Counted from the stretch's first letter, positions 28,613 to 37,991 are shown. The stretch is DNA of 64,000 bases from Nitrospirota bacterium (GCA_049323875.1 JBMOLW010000030.1:79500-143499), one strand, 5' to 3'. Translations and numbers: made by a program. The notes: generated by a model from the letters alone, not told the origin.

Positions 28613-28633
28613 TCCGGATACCTCTCGAAACAA

Positions 28634-28642
28634 TGGTATAAT
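28634..28642 (+). promoter_or_regulatory. Extended -10 promoter element upstream of the histidine kinase gene
   Basis: TGGTATAAT (TGnTATAAT) lies 43 nt upstream of ATG 28685. There is no convincing -35. Confidence 0.3.
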
Positions 28643-28684
28643 CATTATAACAGGTCACCCCAGGGTAATTGTGGGAACATCCGC

Positions 28685-31141
28685 ATGCTGAAAAAAAAGA
28701 ACGCCAGAAATTCTAACCAGGCAGGTCCTCCAGGCACTCCCCTGATCAAGAAACCCTGCAAGCCTGCCCCCCGGAGAACACCCTGTTTGATCAGGATGTG
28801 CCGGCAGGAGGCTGAAGCGCTGTTCGCAGGAGTCCGGGCCGTACTGGAAACCCATAATTTCCAGGATTCTGCTGAAGCTATTTTCCAATCGTGCAAGAAA
28901 CTCACCCGGGCAAGGGCAGGATATATCGCACTCGTGAGTGAGGACGGCACCCGGAATGAAGTTGCATACCTTGATTCCGGAGGGATGCCGTGCAGTGTTG
29001 ATCCTGATCATCCCATGCCGATCCGGGGGCTGAGGGGAAAAGTATACCGGAGTGGAACATCCTCCTGTGAAAACGATTTTGCCCGTTCTGAGCATCAGCG
29101 GTACATCCCTGAGGGCCATGCTGCCTTGAAGAATGTTCTCATGGTGCCTATGAAGATAAGGGGGAAAGTCGTAGGATTGCTGGGGCTTGCAAATAAACGG
29201 ACAGACTTCACTGGTGACGATATCCGGGTGGCGGAGAGGTTCGGAGAACTTGCAGCCGTTGCACTGATGAACAAGAGGAACGAGGAAGTGCTCAGAAGCA
29301 CGCATGAGATGATGGAGAGACGCATACAGGAGAGGACAGAGGAGCTGATGAATGCAAACCAGGCCCTCATGAAAAGCGAGCAGAAATACCGGATGCTCAT
29401 CGAACAGGCTTCGGATGGCATATTCATCCTCGACCGGCAGGGGAACATCGACGAAGTGAATACGACTGCATGCCATATGCTCGGCTACGACCGGGATGAA
29501 CTCATCAGGCTTACTATACTGGACATTATTCCGGAAGAGGATCTGCGTCGGCATCCTCTGAAGATCAGCGAAGTGCTTGCGGGGGAGAGGGTTGTTATCC
29601 AGAGGAGATTCAGGAAGCAGGACGGGACATTTATAGACGTGGAAGTGAGCGCAAAAAAGATCGAAACAGACAGACTCCAGACGATCGTGCGTGATCTTAC
29701 AGAACGGAAAAAAGCCCAGGAAGCTCTCCGCGCAAGTGAAGAGCGCCTGGCTGAAGCTCAGAAGATAGCACACCTGGGCAACTGGGACTGGGACATCCGG
29801 ACGAATGAACTGTACTGGTCGGAGGAGATTTACAGCATCTTCGGACTCACTCCCGGACAATTTGCCTCAACGTATGACGCATTTCTCAGCTCCGTTCATC
29901 CCGACGACAGGCAGCTGGTGAACAGCTCTGTGAATGAAGCGCTCTATGGCGCTCCTTACAGTATCGACCACAGGATTGTGCTCCCTGACGGGAGCATTCG
30001 TCATGTGCATGAACAGGCGAAGGTATTATTCGGAGAAAGCGGTGAACCGGTGCGTATGATCGGAACAGTGCAGGATATAACCGTGCGGAAAGAAGCGGAA
30101 AAAGCCCTTCAGGATTCAAAGGCAAAATATCAGGCGATCGTAGAGGGGTTCGACGGATATATCTATATCTGCAACGATCAGAACGATATAGAGTTCATGA
30201 ACGAACGGCTGACCGGTCATCTGGGATACTCTGCGGTCGGCGAAAAATGCTACCGGGCCCTCCACGGGTTTGAAAATATCTGTCCGTGGTGCCAGAACAG
30301 GAGACGGGAGCATGATGAGGTAATCAGGGGAGAACTGAACAACCCGGAGAACAACCGGTGGTATTATGTTGTGAGTACCCCGATTCGCAACGAGGACGGA
30401 ACGGTTTCCTCCATGATGATGCTCCAGGATATTACGGAAAAAAAGGAGAACGAAGTCCGTCTCCTCATGAGTGAAAAGCTGGCCGCACTCGGCCAGATGG
30501 CCTCCGGCATTGCGCATGAACTCAACAACCCCCTCGCAACAATTTCCGCGTGTACGGAAGGACTTCTGAACCGTATCAGGAAAGGTTCTGTTGACAGGGA
30601 ACTCTTCGAAAGCTATCTGCAGATCATCAATGAGGAAGTCAGCCGGAGCAAAGGGATAACAACAAACATGCTCTCTTTTGTGAGAAAGACCGGCACAGAA
30701 AAAAAGGAATCGGACCTCAACGCGATGCTGGACAAGACGCTCGAACTGATAGGCTTTCAGGGCAGACTGAAGAATGTTGAGGTCGTCAGGCATTATACGG
30801 AGAGAGTATCCGTCAGGGTCAACGAGGGAGAAATGCGCCAGGTGCTCCTCTCGCTGATCGCGAATGCGCTTGATTCCATGGAAGACAGAGGCACCCTTAC
30901 ACTTTCGACGGGGATCAGGGACCAGGCTGCGTTGATTGAGATCGCTGATACAGGCCCGGGGATTCCGCCCGAACTGGTTAACAAGATATTCGATCCCTTT
31001 TTCACTACTCGCTCGGACCGGGGGGGGACAGGCCTCGGGCTTTCCATTGCGAAAAAAATACTCGATGATTCCGGAGGAACCCTCGATGTTCAGACCGGAG
31101 GGGGGCATGGGGTTACCTTCAGGATCGTTATCCCCCTCTGA
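28685..31141 (+). CDS. Multi-sensor histidine kinase (GAF, three PAS, HisKA-HATPase); cytoplasmic
   Basis: GAF (VVGLLGLANK), PAS repeats (ASDGIFILDRQGNIDEVN; NWDWDIRTNELYWSEE; GFDGYIYICND), H-box GIAHELNNPLATI, N-box LIANALDS, and G-boxes DTGPGIP and GGTGLGLSIAK. No TM segment is seen. The true start may be Met-38 (28796). Confidence 0.85.
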   Translation: MLKKKNARNSNQAGPPGTPLIKKPCKPAPRRTPCLIRMCRQEAEALFAGVRAVLETHNFQDSAEAIFQSCKKLTRARAGYIALVSEDGTRNEVAYLDSGGMPCSVDPDHPMPIRGLRGKVYRSGTSSCENDFARSEHQRYIPEGHAALKNVLMVPMKIRGKVVGLLGLANKRTDFTGDDIRVAERFGELAAVALMNKRNEEVLRSTHEMMERRIQERTEELMNANQALMKSEQKYRMLIEQASDGIFILDRQGNIDEVNTTACHMLGYDRDELIRLTILDIIPEEDLRRHPLKISEVLAGERVVIQRRFRKQDGTFIDVEVSAKKIETDRLQTIVRDLTERKKAQEALRASEERLAEAQKIAHLGNWDWDIRTNELYWSEEIYSIFGLTPGQFASTYDAFLSSVHPDDRQLVNSSVNEALYGAPYSIDHRIVLPDGSIRHVHEQAKVLFGESGEPVRMIGTVQDITVRKEAEKALQDSKAKYQAIVEGFDGYIYICNDQNDIEFMNERLTGHLGYSAVGEKCYRALHGFENICPWCQNRRREHDEVIRGELNNPENNRWYYVVSTPIRNEDGTVSSMMMLQDITEKKENEVRLLMSEKLAALGQMASGIAHELNNPLATISACTEGLLNRIRKGSVDRELFESYLQIINEEVSRSKGITTNMLSFVRKTGTEKKESDLNAMLDKTLELIGFQGRLKNVEVVRHYTERVSVRVNEGEMRQVLLSLIANALDSMEDRGTLTLSTGIRDQAALIEIADTGPGIPPELVNKIFDPFFTTRSDRGGTGLGLSIAKKILDDSGGTLDVQTGGGHGVTFRIVIPL

Positions 31142-31234
31142 CAGGACAGGGCAATTTGCCATAGATCAGGAAATTTTGCCGTAATTGTTTCGAATATCCG
31201 TCCTGAAAACCCGCATAAATTACCAAAAAACATG

Positions 31235-31250
31235 TGGCATCAATTTTGCA
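31235..31250 (+). promoter_or_regulatory. Sigma54 (-24/-12) promoter
   Basis: TGGCATcaattTTGCA matches TGGCAC-N5-TTGCW with exact GG/GC spacing. An 11-bp palindrome ggcaaTttgcc (31150-31160) and a related aaattttgcc (31171-31180) lie about 60-85 nt upstream, as expected for an enhancer-binding-protein site. Confidence 0.5.
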
Positions 31251-31272
31251 AAGTTTTAGGAGAAGGTCGGCT

Positions 31273-31524
31273 ATGGGTTTTCTGGCACGAAAAGAACAGG
31301 GCTCAGGAGTGCAGCATCTCGCGGAGGCTGTCATCTTACAGTCAATGGCTGATCTCTGTGAGAGGAGACACCGTCAGGAATGCAGGAAATTTTTCAGGGG
31401 AGAGGGATTTGCAGTATGGGCGGACCTTGCACGATTAAGCTCATTGGACCAGATACGCATCCTTTTCATGCTCAGGGGGAAAATACACAACCATGAATAT
31501 GACACTGAATATCCTGTTAGCTGA
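31273..31524 (+). CDS. Hypothetical 83-aa protein between the kinase and receiver genes
   Basis: ATG 31273 is preceded by tAGGAGAAGG, and the predicted sigma54 start site falls just upstream. No family is recognised. It overlaps the receiver gene start by 32 nt. Confidence 0.35.
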   Translation: MGFLARKEQGSGVQHLAEAVILQSMADLCERRHRQECRKFFRGEGFAVWADLARLSSLDQIRILFMLRGKIHNHEYDTEYPVS

Positions 31525-31855
31525 GGACGACAGAAATTTAGGCTTCATCATAAAAAAAGAACTTGAAGAGGAGGAGTATACCGTAGACCTCGTCCACGAC
31601 GGGGTGCAGGCTGTACTGATGTTCCTGAAGAACAGATATGATGTGTTGCTGTTCGATATAAGAATGCCGCATCTGGACGGCATCAATGCACTCAGGATCA
31701 TCAGGGAAATAAATGCTGATATTCACGCCATCACCTTTTCAGGGAATGCAGGCGATGATACGATTGAGGAGGCACTCAACGCCGGCTCCTCGGTCTTCAT
31801 CGCGAAGCCTTTTGAGATCCGGAAAGTGAAGGAATGTCTCAGAGAGTTCTGCTGA
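31493..31855 (+). CDS. Single-domain response regulator (CheY-like receiver only)
   Basis: ILLAEDD, the phospho-acceptor context LLFDIRMPHLDG, ITFSG and KPF. There is no output domain (120 aa). Confidence 0.85.
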   Translation: MNMTLNILLAEDDRNLGFIIKKELEEEEYTVDLVHDGVQAVLMFLKNRYDVLLFDIRMPHLDGINALRIIREINADIHAITFSGNAGDDTIEEALNAGSSVFIAKPFEIRKVKECLREFC

Positions 31856-31863
31856 GGAAAACT

Positions 31864-33660
31864 TCAGCGCAGTTTTCCCAGCTTCCGGGCCAGTGCAATC
31901 GTCTGATCGAGAAGACGTCCGATCTCATTGAGTCCCTGGTCCCAGAATGCCCTGTCGGTAATATCGATCCCCATTCTGCGGAAGATCGCCCGGGGAGATT
32001 CTGAAAGGCCGGCTCCAAGAAAATGTTTCACTTTTTCGATGAAGCGGGGATTCTCCTTCACTGAACGCTGCAGTGATTTCGAGATCAGAAGACCGCTTGC
32101 ATATGAGTAGACATAGAAGAAACTTCTGATATGACTCCAGTATATCCACCAGTTCTCGGAGCCGGGAGACTGTGCAACCGCCTTCCCCATGTATGCGTTC
32201 ATGTTTTTCCGGAAGATGCCCCCGATCTCTTCTCTGGAAAGGTAGCCTTTTTCCCTGAATATGCGATGAAGTTCCTGCTCGAAACGGTAGCAGGCGATCT
32301 GCCTGAAAATTGTCGATACATCATCATTGAGTTTCTTCACCATGATTGCGAGTTTTCTCGCGTCATCCGCGCCGGTCAGTATTTCCTCGAGCACGAAATC
32401 CTCCAGAAATGTGCTCGCAACTTCGGCAGTTGATGTAGGCGTTCCGAAATTCAGGGCGTGCTGCCTCTCCCTGATCAGTTCATTGTTGATCCCGTGGCCG
32501 AGTTCATGTGCCAGGGTGAGTACATCGTTCAGCCTGTCCGTATGGTTCAGGAGGATATAGGTGGGTTGCGAGATGAGCTGATGTGAACAGAAAGCACCAC
32601 TTGTTTTCCCCTTCCGGGGATATACGTCGAACTGTCCGTTCCGAATCAATCCGTCCAGGATATCGAGAAAATTCCCGTCGAGTCTCTTCAGCACGGTGCG
32701 GATGAGTTTTATGGAGACGGGGAACGTAAATTTCCCCGGAATATCACCGTATTCCACATTTCTCTCATGGTACTCAATCTGCCTCACGTTCAGGAGTCGT
32801 GCCTTGAATGCATAATACCGCTGTGAGAGTGAGAAACGGGCTGAAACGGATTCTACCAGTGTATCGACCACTTCTGTTTCGATGTCATCACTGATGTGGC
32901 GGGCAAGGTCAGGCCGCGGAATCTTTCTGATGTCGTCGTCCACTTTCTTGTTTTCGAGAACGGAATTTATCTCGGCTTCCGCTACGTCCGCGTGGGATGC
33001 AAGGATTTCGTTGAACGCCCGTGCCGCAATATCCCGCACTCTCTTTTTTCTGCTGTTCATGAGGCTCAGGATATCAGAAAACGATTTCCGTCTGCGGGTG
33101 CCGTCTTCGAGCAGCACGCTCCGTTCTTCTTTTGCAAGGAAACTCGAAGTCATTCTGACCCAGTTGGAATATGAAGTCGATGACTTGAGGTTCATAATCC
33201 GTTCTTCCGGATCGCTGAGCAGATAGCGTGCCTCAGCAAAGATCCTTGCAAGAAAGTGACGGTACATGCCGAGTTCAGGATGTCTGAGGAAAATACGCTG
33301 TTCTCTGAAAGGGATTTTTGAGAGGCGGAGATGAAAGAACTGCATATCGTTCAGGATTTTCCTGCTGAAATAGTCAATCGTATTGAATTTTGCCCTCAGG
33401 GACGCATTGTTCTGCTCCTGGGACATCCTCAGCCAGAAATAGTATCCCGGGTCTCCGTCAGAACCGTACAACCGTCTCCAGCGCTCGTAATCGTCAAGAG
33501 CCTGTTTCAGCGAAGACGGGTTTTGCAGGTAATCGTCTCTCTTCCGCCATTTTCTGATAAAATGGGCGCTCTCCCGTTCTACGGCATTTTTCTTCTTTTC
33601 AGCCTGGGGGTCATCGTCATGCAGCAGCAGCGGGCTGAGATTCCACAGAATCTGTTTCAT
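31864..33660 (-). CDS. pepF: Oligoendopeptidase F (M3B metallopeptidase)
   Basis: The Zn motif is TLAHELGHGINNE, and the 598-aa length and helical architecture are typical of PepF. It is convergent with the receiver gene, with an 8-nt gap. Confidence 0.8.
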   Translation of the reverse strand: MKQILWNLSPLLLHDDDPQAEKKKNAVERESAHFIRKWRKRDDYLQNPSSLKQALDDYERWRRLYGSDGDPGYYFWLRMSQEQNNASLRAKFNTIDYFSRKILNDMQFFHLRLSKIPFREQRIFLRHPELGMYRHFLARIFAEARYLLSDPEERIMNLKSSTSYSNWVRMTSSFLAKEERSVLLEDGTRRRKSFSDILSLMNSRKKRVRDIAARAFNEILASHADVAEAEINSVLENKKVDDDIRKIPRPDLARHISDDIETEVVDTLVESVSARFSLSQRYYAFKARLLNVRQIEYHERNVEYGDIPGKFTFPVSIKLIRTVLKRLDGNFLDILDGLIRNGQFDVYPRKGKTSGAFCSHQLISQPTYILLNHTDRLNDVLTLAHELGHGINNELIRERQHALNFGTPTSTAEVASTFLEDFVLEEILTGADDARKLAIMVKKLNDDVSTIFRQIACYRFEQELHRIFREKGYLSREEIGGIFRKNMNAYMGKAVAQSPGSENWWIYWSHIRSFFYVYSYASGLLISKSLQRSVKENPRFIEKVKHFLGAGLSESPRAIFRRMGIDITDRAFWDQGLNEIGRLLDQTIALARKLGKLR

Positions 33661-33870
33661 AAACCATTCTCCTCACTTTCACTGTTTCCTTGCGGGTTTT
33701 CCGGACGCACTCCGTCCGCAAAAATCGACAGGGCAAGCAGCTTGCCTTGCAGGATTAAGGTTGTATTATAGGGATATAAAAGGGGAAATGCCAGTTCATG
33801 CAGAGGGAGAAGCGATACAGTGAAGACAGTCCAGAAGCGGAAGACTGAAGAAAAACAGCAATAATGATAT

Positions 33871-33899
33871 CTTCCCCGCCCCTCAGGGGGGCGGGGAAG
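33871..33899 (-). terminator. Rho-independent terminator of the OmpA-like gene
   Basis: cttccccgcccc-tcagg-ggggcggggaag forms a perfect 12-bp GC-rich stem starting 27 nt after the stop at 33926. It is followed on the minus strand by the T-rich atatcattattgctgttttt. Confidence 0.6.
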
Positions 33900-33925
33900 G
33901 CTTGCTCTGTCCCTCCTTTGAAAAA

Positions 33926-34585
33926 TTAATCTCCGAGGATAAGAATCTCTACTCTCCTGTTCTGGAACCTGCCATCCCATGTTTTATTCGAGGCGACAGG
34001 GTTTGATTCTCCGTATCCAACCGTAGAAATTCCTGAGGATTCTATCTTCCCTTTTGTTACCAGATAATTCTTTGCAGCGAGAGCCCTCCGTTCAGAGAGA
34101 CGCTGATTATATTGTTCGGTCCCTGTCCAGTCAGTATGCCCCTCCAGTCTGATCTTATGGCCAGGGTATTTTTTGATGAATTCTATCGCTTTCCTCAGTT
34201 CCGCAACGTCCGCTTTCCGGATGGTCGCTTTATCAAAGTCGAAATTGATGGTTAGCGTAAATTTATCGATGACCTTTGCGCAGAGGGCGTTTGCCCTTTT
34301 TGTAGCATCCTTTGCCATGCTGATCGCTTCTTTGTCCCTGCATGACCAGTATGTCTCGTATGCCTTCTGCTTCAGGTCTTTTACTTCATTGTACGTCCGC
34401 GGGCATTCCTTTTCCTTCCCTGCGATCTTGGCGTTTATGACCGCCTTCTTTGCCTCGACCAGCTCTTTCGGGTAATACCAGATGCCGTTCTTCGGAGAAA
34501 ATTCCATCCCTGCGCACCCAAGCACGAACAGGAATGAAAAAAGAACAGCTCCGATCAGAAGTCTCCTTGCAACAAATACATTCAT
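33926..34585 (-). CDS. OmpA-family lipoprotein (C-terminal peptidoglycan-binding OmpA domain)
   Basis: ATG 34585 is preceded by GAGGAGGG. The lipoprotein signal is MNVFVARRLLIGAVLFSFLFVLGC, and the OmpA motif is LEGHTDWTGTEQYNQRLSERRALAAKNYL. The ORF is open to 34639. Confidence 0.8.
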   Translation of the reverse strand: MNVFVARRLLIGAVLFSFLFVLGCAGMEFSPKNGIWYYPKELVEAKKAVINAKIAGKEKECPRTYNEVKDLKQKAYETYWSCRDKEAISMAKDATKRANALCAKVIDKFTLTINFDFDKATIRKADVAELRKAIEFIKKYPGHKIRLEGHTDWTGTEQYNQRLSERRALAAKNYLVTKGKIESSGISTVGYGESNPVASNKTWDGRFQNRRVEILILGD

Positions 34586-34684
34586 CTTAACCCTCCTCAA
34601 TTCTGAAGATAATACCACTGAGCATCTCTTTTCGTTCATAGACCACCCCCTTTAGATTGAAGAAATATAGTTTATGAAAATGTC

Positions 34685-34713
34685 TTGAACGTACTTTGTG
34701 AAAATTATATCAT
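34685..34713 (+). promoter_or_regulatory. Sigma70-type promoter upstream of the DUF296 gene
   Basis: TTGAAC - 17 nt - TATCAT. The TTG that opens the long ORF-track ORF is actually the -35 hexamer. Confidence 0.35.
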
Positions 34714-34792
34714 ACTTTTGCGGAATGGTAAAATAGCAGAGACTTTATTGCAGGTCACGCAAAGCACATACGTGCGGATTGAGGAGGGAACC

Positions 34793-35227
34793 ATGCAGTA
34801 CCGGGTAGGGAAGACCGGAAGGGTTATCGTGGCACGGTTTGAAGACAGAGAGGATATTCTCGAAAACATCACCACTCTTGCGAGGAGGGAGAATATCAGA
34901 AGCGCTGTCCTCCATCTGATAGGAGGCATCAAGAAGGGCAGGGTTGTGGTAGGTCCTGAGGAAGAGCAACTTCCGCCCGTACCTGTTTGGAGGGAAATCC
35001 AGGGAAGCAGCGAGGTCATCGGCACCGGGACCATATTTTGGGAGGGAGAGGAACCGAAAATTCACTTCCACGGTGCGTTCGGAAAGAGGGACACGGTCAG
35101 GGTAGGGTGTCTCAGGGGAGATTCGGAAACATTCCTTGTGCTCGAAGCGGTGATCATCGAGATCGAAGGGATTGACGCAAAGAGAGAGCTTGATCCGGTC
35201 TCCGGACTGGTGCTTCTGAAGCTATGA
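34793..35227 (+). CDS. PPC/DUF296-domain protein
   Basis: ATG 34793 is preceded by GAGGAGGG. The pattern ...VIVARFEDREDILENITTLARRENIRSAVLHLIGGI... and ...GEEPKIHFHGAF...EAVIIEIEG follows the DUF296 pattern. Confidence 0.7.
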   Translation: MQYRVGKTGRVIVARFEDREDILENITTLARRENIRSAVLHLIGGIKKGRVVVGPEEEQLPPVPVWREIQGSSEVIGTGTIFWEGEEPKIHFHGAFGKRDTVRVGCLRGDSETFLVLEAVIIEIEGIDAKRELDPVSGLVLLKL

Positions 35228-35312
35228 GGAATTCCGGTTTTTGACGGGATGCAAAAAAAAGTTGCCATATCCCTCCCTGGCAGGGATAATAGAGTATGCA
35301 GGTGAGTTTCCT

Positions 35313-35843
35313 ATGATATCACGGAGAAAATTCCTGAAAGCAGTCGCTGCAGGGATTGCACTCTCTTCCTTCGGCGGATTCCCCGCATTTGCCTATCAGG
35401 ATACCCAGAGCAGAACTCTCAGCATGTATCACATCCATACCGGTGAAGAGCTGAATGTCACGTATTGCATCTCAGGACGGTATGACCGGGATGCGCTGGA
35501 TAATATCAATTATTTTCTCCGGTGTCATTATACGAATGAGGTGATAGAGATTGACGTGGGAGTAATCGACCTGCTCTGTGATATCAAGGATGAGATGGAG
35601 GCGGATCACCGGATCCAGATCATATCAGGATACCGTTCGCCTGCCTATAACGACCTCCTGCTCTGCCAGGGGAAAGGAGTGGCAAAGAACAGTCTCCACC
35701 GGTACGGACTGGCTATCGATTTTTCCCTGGAGGGGATCGATACCTCCGATATCTTCCGGCTCGCGAAATCCTTCCATGCCGGAGGGGTAGGCCTCTACCC
35801 TGAATTCGTGCATATCGACGTCGGCAAGGTGCGCTCCTGGTAA
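35313..35843 (+). CDS. DUF882 / peptidase M15A-family protein (YcbK-like) with a Tat signal
   Basis: The Tat signal is MISRRKFLKAVAAGIALSSFGGFPAFA. The Zn-ligand contexts are SGYRSPAYN, HRYGLAIDF and EFVHIDV. Confidence 0.8.
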   Translation: MISRRKFLKAVAAGIALSSFGGFPAFAYQDTQSRTLSMYHIHTGEELNVTYCISGRYDRDALDNINYFLRCHYTNEVIEIDVGVIDLLCDIKDEMEADHRIQIISGYRSPAYNDLLLCQGKGVAKNSLHRYGLAIDFSLEGIDTSDIFRLAKSFHAGGVGLYPEFVHIDVGKVRSW

Positions 35844-35942
35844 GGGCTGCCGGCAACTGCCACAGAGAATTCCTTCCTCATAGAAGACTAAGGCAGGGAG
35901 AACCAGCGTGATTCCGGATCCATCGATAAGGACCTCAAATAC

Positions 35943-36998
35943 ATGAATTTGGGAGATCTGGGATTTGACCAATGGTTTGAAGCTCATTCCGCTCAGTTCC
36001 GCCGGGAGGGTTGCAGCTTTGCCCGCATATCCGCAGTTGACCGCGGCTCATATCTTATAAGAAACGAATTGGGAGAAGTCCCGGCTGGGCTAACAGGGAA
36101 GCTTTCTTATCACATGGGAAGTTCTGTCGATCTGCCCTGTGTCGGAGATTGGGTGACGGCAGACTATTACAACAATGACACGGCAGCCATCATCAACATG
36201 GTGTTTCCGCGAAAGACGTTCTTGCGACGCAAGACCGCGGGTAAAAACGTCAGCTACCAGATGATCGCAGCCAACATAGATATCGCTTATATTATTCAAT
36301 CATGCCATTTTGACTTTAATCCACGACGTTTGGATCGGTACCTTGTAATGGTGGCTGACGGACGTGCTGAGCCGGTTGTCGTACTCACTAAAACGGATTT
36401 GATCTCCCGCAATGAATTAGACCAGAAGATTGCGATCATCAGATCTCTCACCAAAACAAAAGTGATTGCCCTGAGCAACATCACCGGTATCGGGTTTGAT
36501 GAGTTTCAACAGACGCTCTCCCCGGGAAAAACGTACTGTCTGCTTGGTTCATCGGGTGTCGGGAAAACGACTCTCATCAACCGCCTTCTGGGCCGGGAAA
36601 CCTTTCACACAAAAGCCGTCAGCGGTACGGGAGAAGGCACCCATACGACTTCCCGGCGGCAGCTCATTGTTCTCAGCCAGGGCGCTATGTTGATTGATAC
36701 CCCTGGTATGAGAGAGTTGGGCATTGTTGGCGCCGGGGATGGGGTCAACATGGGTTTTGAAGAACTTGTCATGCTTTCCGCAAAGTGTCGATATCCGAAT
36801 TGCAGCCATGAACACGAACCGGACTGTGCCGTCCGGGCCGCGGTCGAGAATGGTGAATTATCTGAAGATCGCTATGCAAGCTATATCAAGATCAAAAAAG
36901 AGTCGGAGTACCACGGGATGTCATATCTGGACAAACGAAAAAAAGATAAGGCCTTTGGTCGATTTATCAAATCGGCAAAAAAAACTATGAAGGGCTGA
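35943..36998 (+). CDS. rsgA: Ribosome small-subunit-dependent GTPase A
   Basis: Circularly permuted GTPase motifs TKTDL ... GSSGVGKTTLINRL ... DTPG, and the C-terminal Zn knuckle CRYPNCSHEHEPDC. Confidence 0.9.
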   Translation: MNLGDLGFDQWFEAHSAQFRREGCSFARISAVDRGSYLIRNELGEVPAGLTGKLSYHMGSSVDLPCVGDWVTADYYNNDTAAIINMVFPRKTFLRRKTAGKNVSYQMIAANIDIAYIIQSCHFDFNPRRLDRYLVMVADGRAEPVVVLTKTDLISRNELDQKIAIIRSLTKTKVIALSNITGIGFDEFQQTLSPGKTYCLLGSSGVGKTTLINRLLGRETFHTKAVSGTGEGTHTTSRRQLIVLSQGAMLIDTPGMRELGIVGAGDGVNMGFEELVMLSAKCRYPNCSHEHEPDCAVRAAVENGELSEDRYASYIKIKKESEYHGMSYLDKRKKDKAFGRFIKSAKKTMKG

Positions 36999-37073
36999 AA
37001 CACGGGCACTGATGTTTGATGCTTCGTATTGCATTGAGGAACAGTGGCATGGTGTTCTCAGAAAAATATTGTG

Positions 37074-37991
37074 TCATAGTTCCGCACCCCCCATTGCTGC
37101 GATGAAACTCACCACCGCTTTTGTCACCTTCAGCATGAAGCTGAAATCAAGCGTCTCGAAGCGGTCGTGTTTCGTATGATAATACGGATTTCTGAACATG
37201 GCGGTATCGGTGAGCATGAGGGAAGGGTAACCGTGCTTCCAGAACGACGCGTGGTCGCTGAACCGGGTTTCGGGAATGAAATACCCTGACATCGGTACTT
37301 TATAGGGAACCAAAATCAGTTCCGGAACATGCCTGTTCGCATGGACGAGGAAGGAGCGCATCATTTTCTCGGAACGGGCATTCGCAATGACGCCGAGGAA
37401 ATTTCCTGTTCTCGGGACCTTCGCCCTGACGAGCACAGGGACAATCTGGCTTCCTTCTGTGTGGTCGGTATACCCGACAGACTCCAGAATCAACGCCGCC
37501 TGATATCTCCTCTCTCCCTCTCGTGCTGCGCATGCAAAATAGTCGCTGCCGATCAGGAAATTGATCGTCTGCGCCTGGGGTTCCTCGAGGGTGAAGGCGA
37601 CAAACTGCACGGTTCTCTTTAGCTCCTGCTTGCAGAGAATCCGGGCTGCTTCAAGGAGAACTGCAACCCCGCTTGCATTGTCGTCAGCGCCCGGACTGCC
37701 CCATGCAGCGTCATAATGCGCCCCCAGGAGCAGCCAGTCTTTCTCCTGCGTTGTCCCCGTGAGCGTAGCGATGATATTGCGGAATGTTCTCCCGTGGAAA
37801 GGAACCTCCTGACTTTCTGTTGAAAGCCCGAATGAACGGAAAGTTTCTTCAAGGAAAACCGCCCGTTTCTCCAGGGCGGCAGTGTTTTCCCATCCGTGGC
37901 GGAGGCCTTCGAGGGTTTTTACAGAAGCACTCAGTTTTTCCTGATTGATACGGGACAGAAGGTCATGCATGGGAAGAATTACCGACGACAC
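37074..37991 (-). CDS. M28-family aminopeptidase
   Basis: LLGAHYDAAWGSPGADDNASGVAVLLEAARIL, FVAFTLEE and DHASFWKHGYPSLMLTD. The start is uncertain (GTG 37991 or ATG 37970). Confidence 0.8.
   Translation of the reverse strand: MSSVILPMHDLLSRINQEKLSASVKTLEGLRHGWENTAALEKRAVFLEETFRSFGLSTESQEVPFHGRTFRNIIATLTGTTQEKDWLLLGAHYDAAWGSPGADDNASGVAVLLEAARILCKQELKRTVQFVAFTLEEPQAQTINFLIGSDYFACAAREGERRYQAALILESVGYTDHTEGSQIVPVLVRAKVPRTGNFLGVIANARSEKMMRSFLVHANRHVPELILVPYKVPMSGYFIPETRFSDHASFWKHGYPSLMLTDTAMFRNPYYHTKHDRFETLDFSFMLKVTKAVVSFIAAMGGAEL

Noticed and set aside
31234-31272. The ORF-track start at 31234 for the small ORF (96 aa).
   Set aside because: That start lies inside the sigma54 -24/-12 element and has no SD. 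The in-frame ATG at 31273 has an AGGAGAAGG upstream and lies downstream of the predicted transcription start.
33657-33980. A 107-aa minus-strand ORF spans the pepF-ompA intergenic region.
   Set aside because: It is translated straight through the perfect 12-bp terminator hairpin (33871-33899), has Arg/Pro/Ser-rich low-complexity composition, and overlaps the 3' end of the OmpA-like gene. I read it as non-coding spacer.
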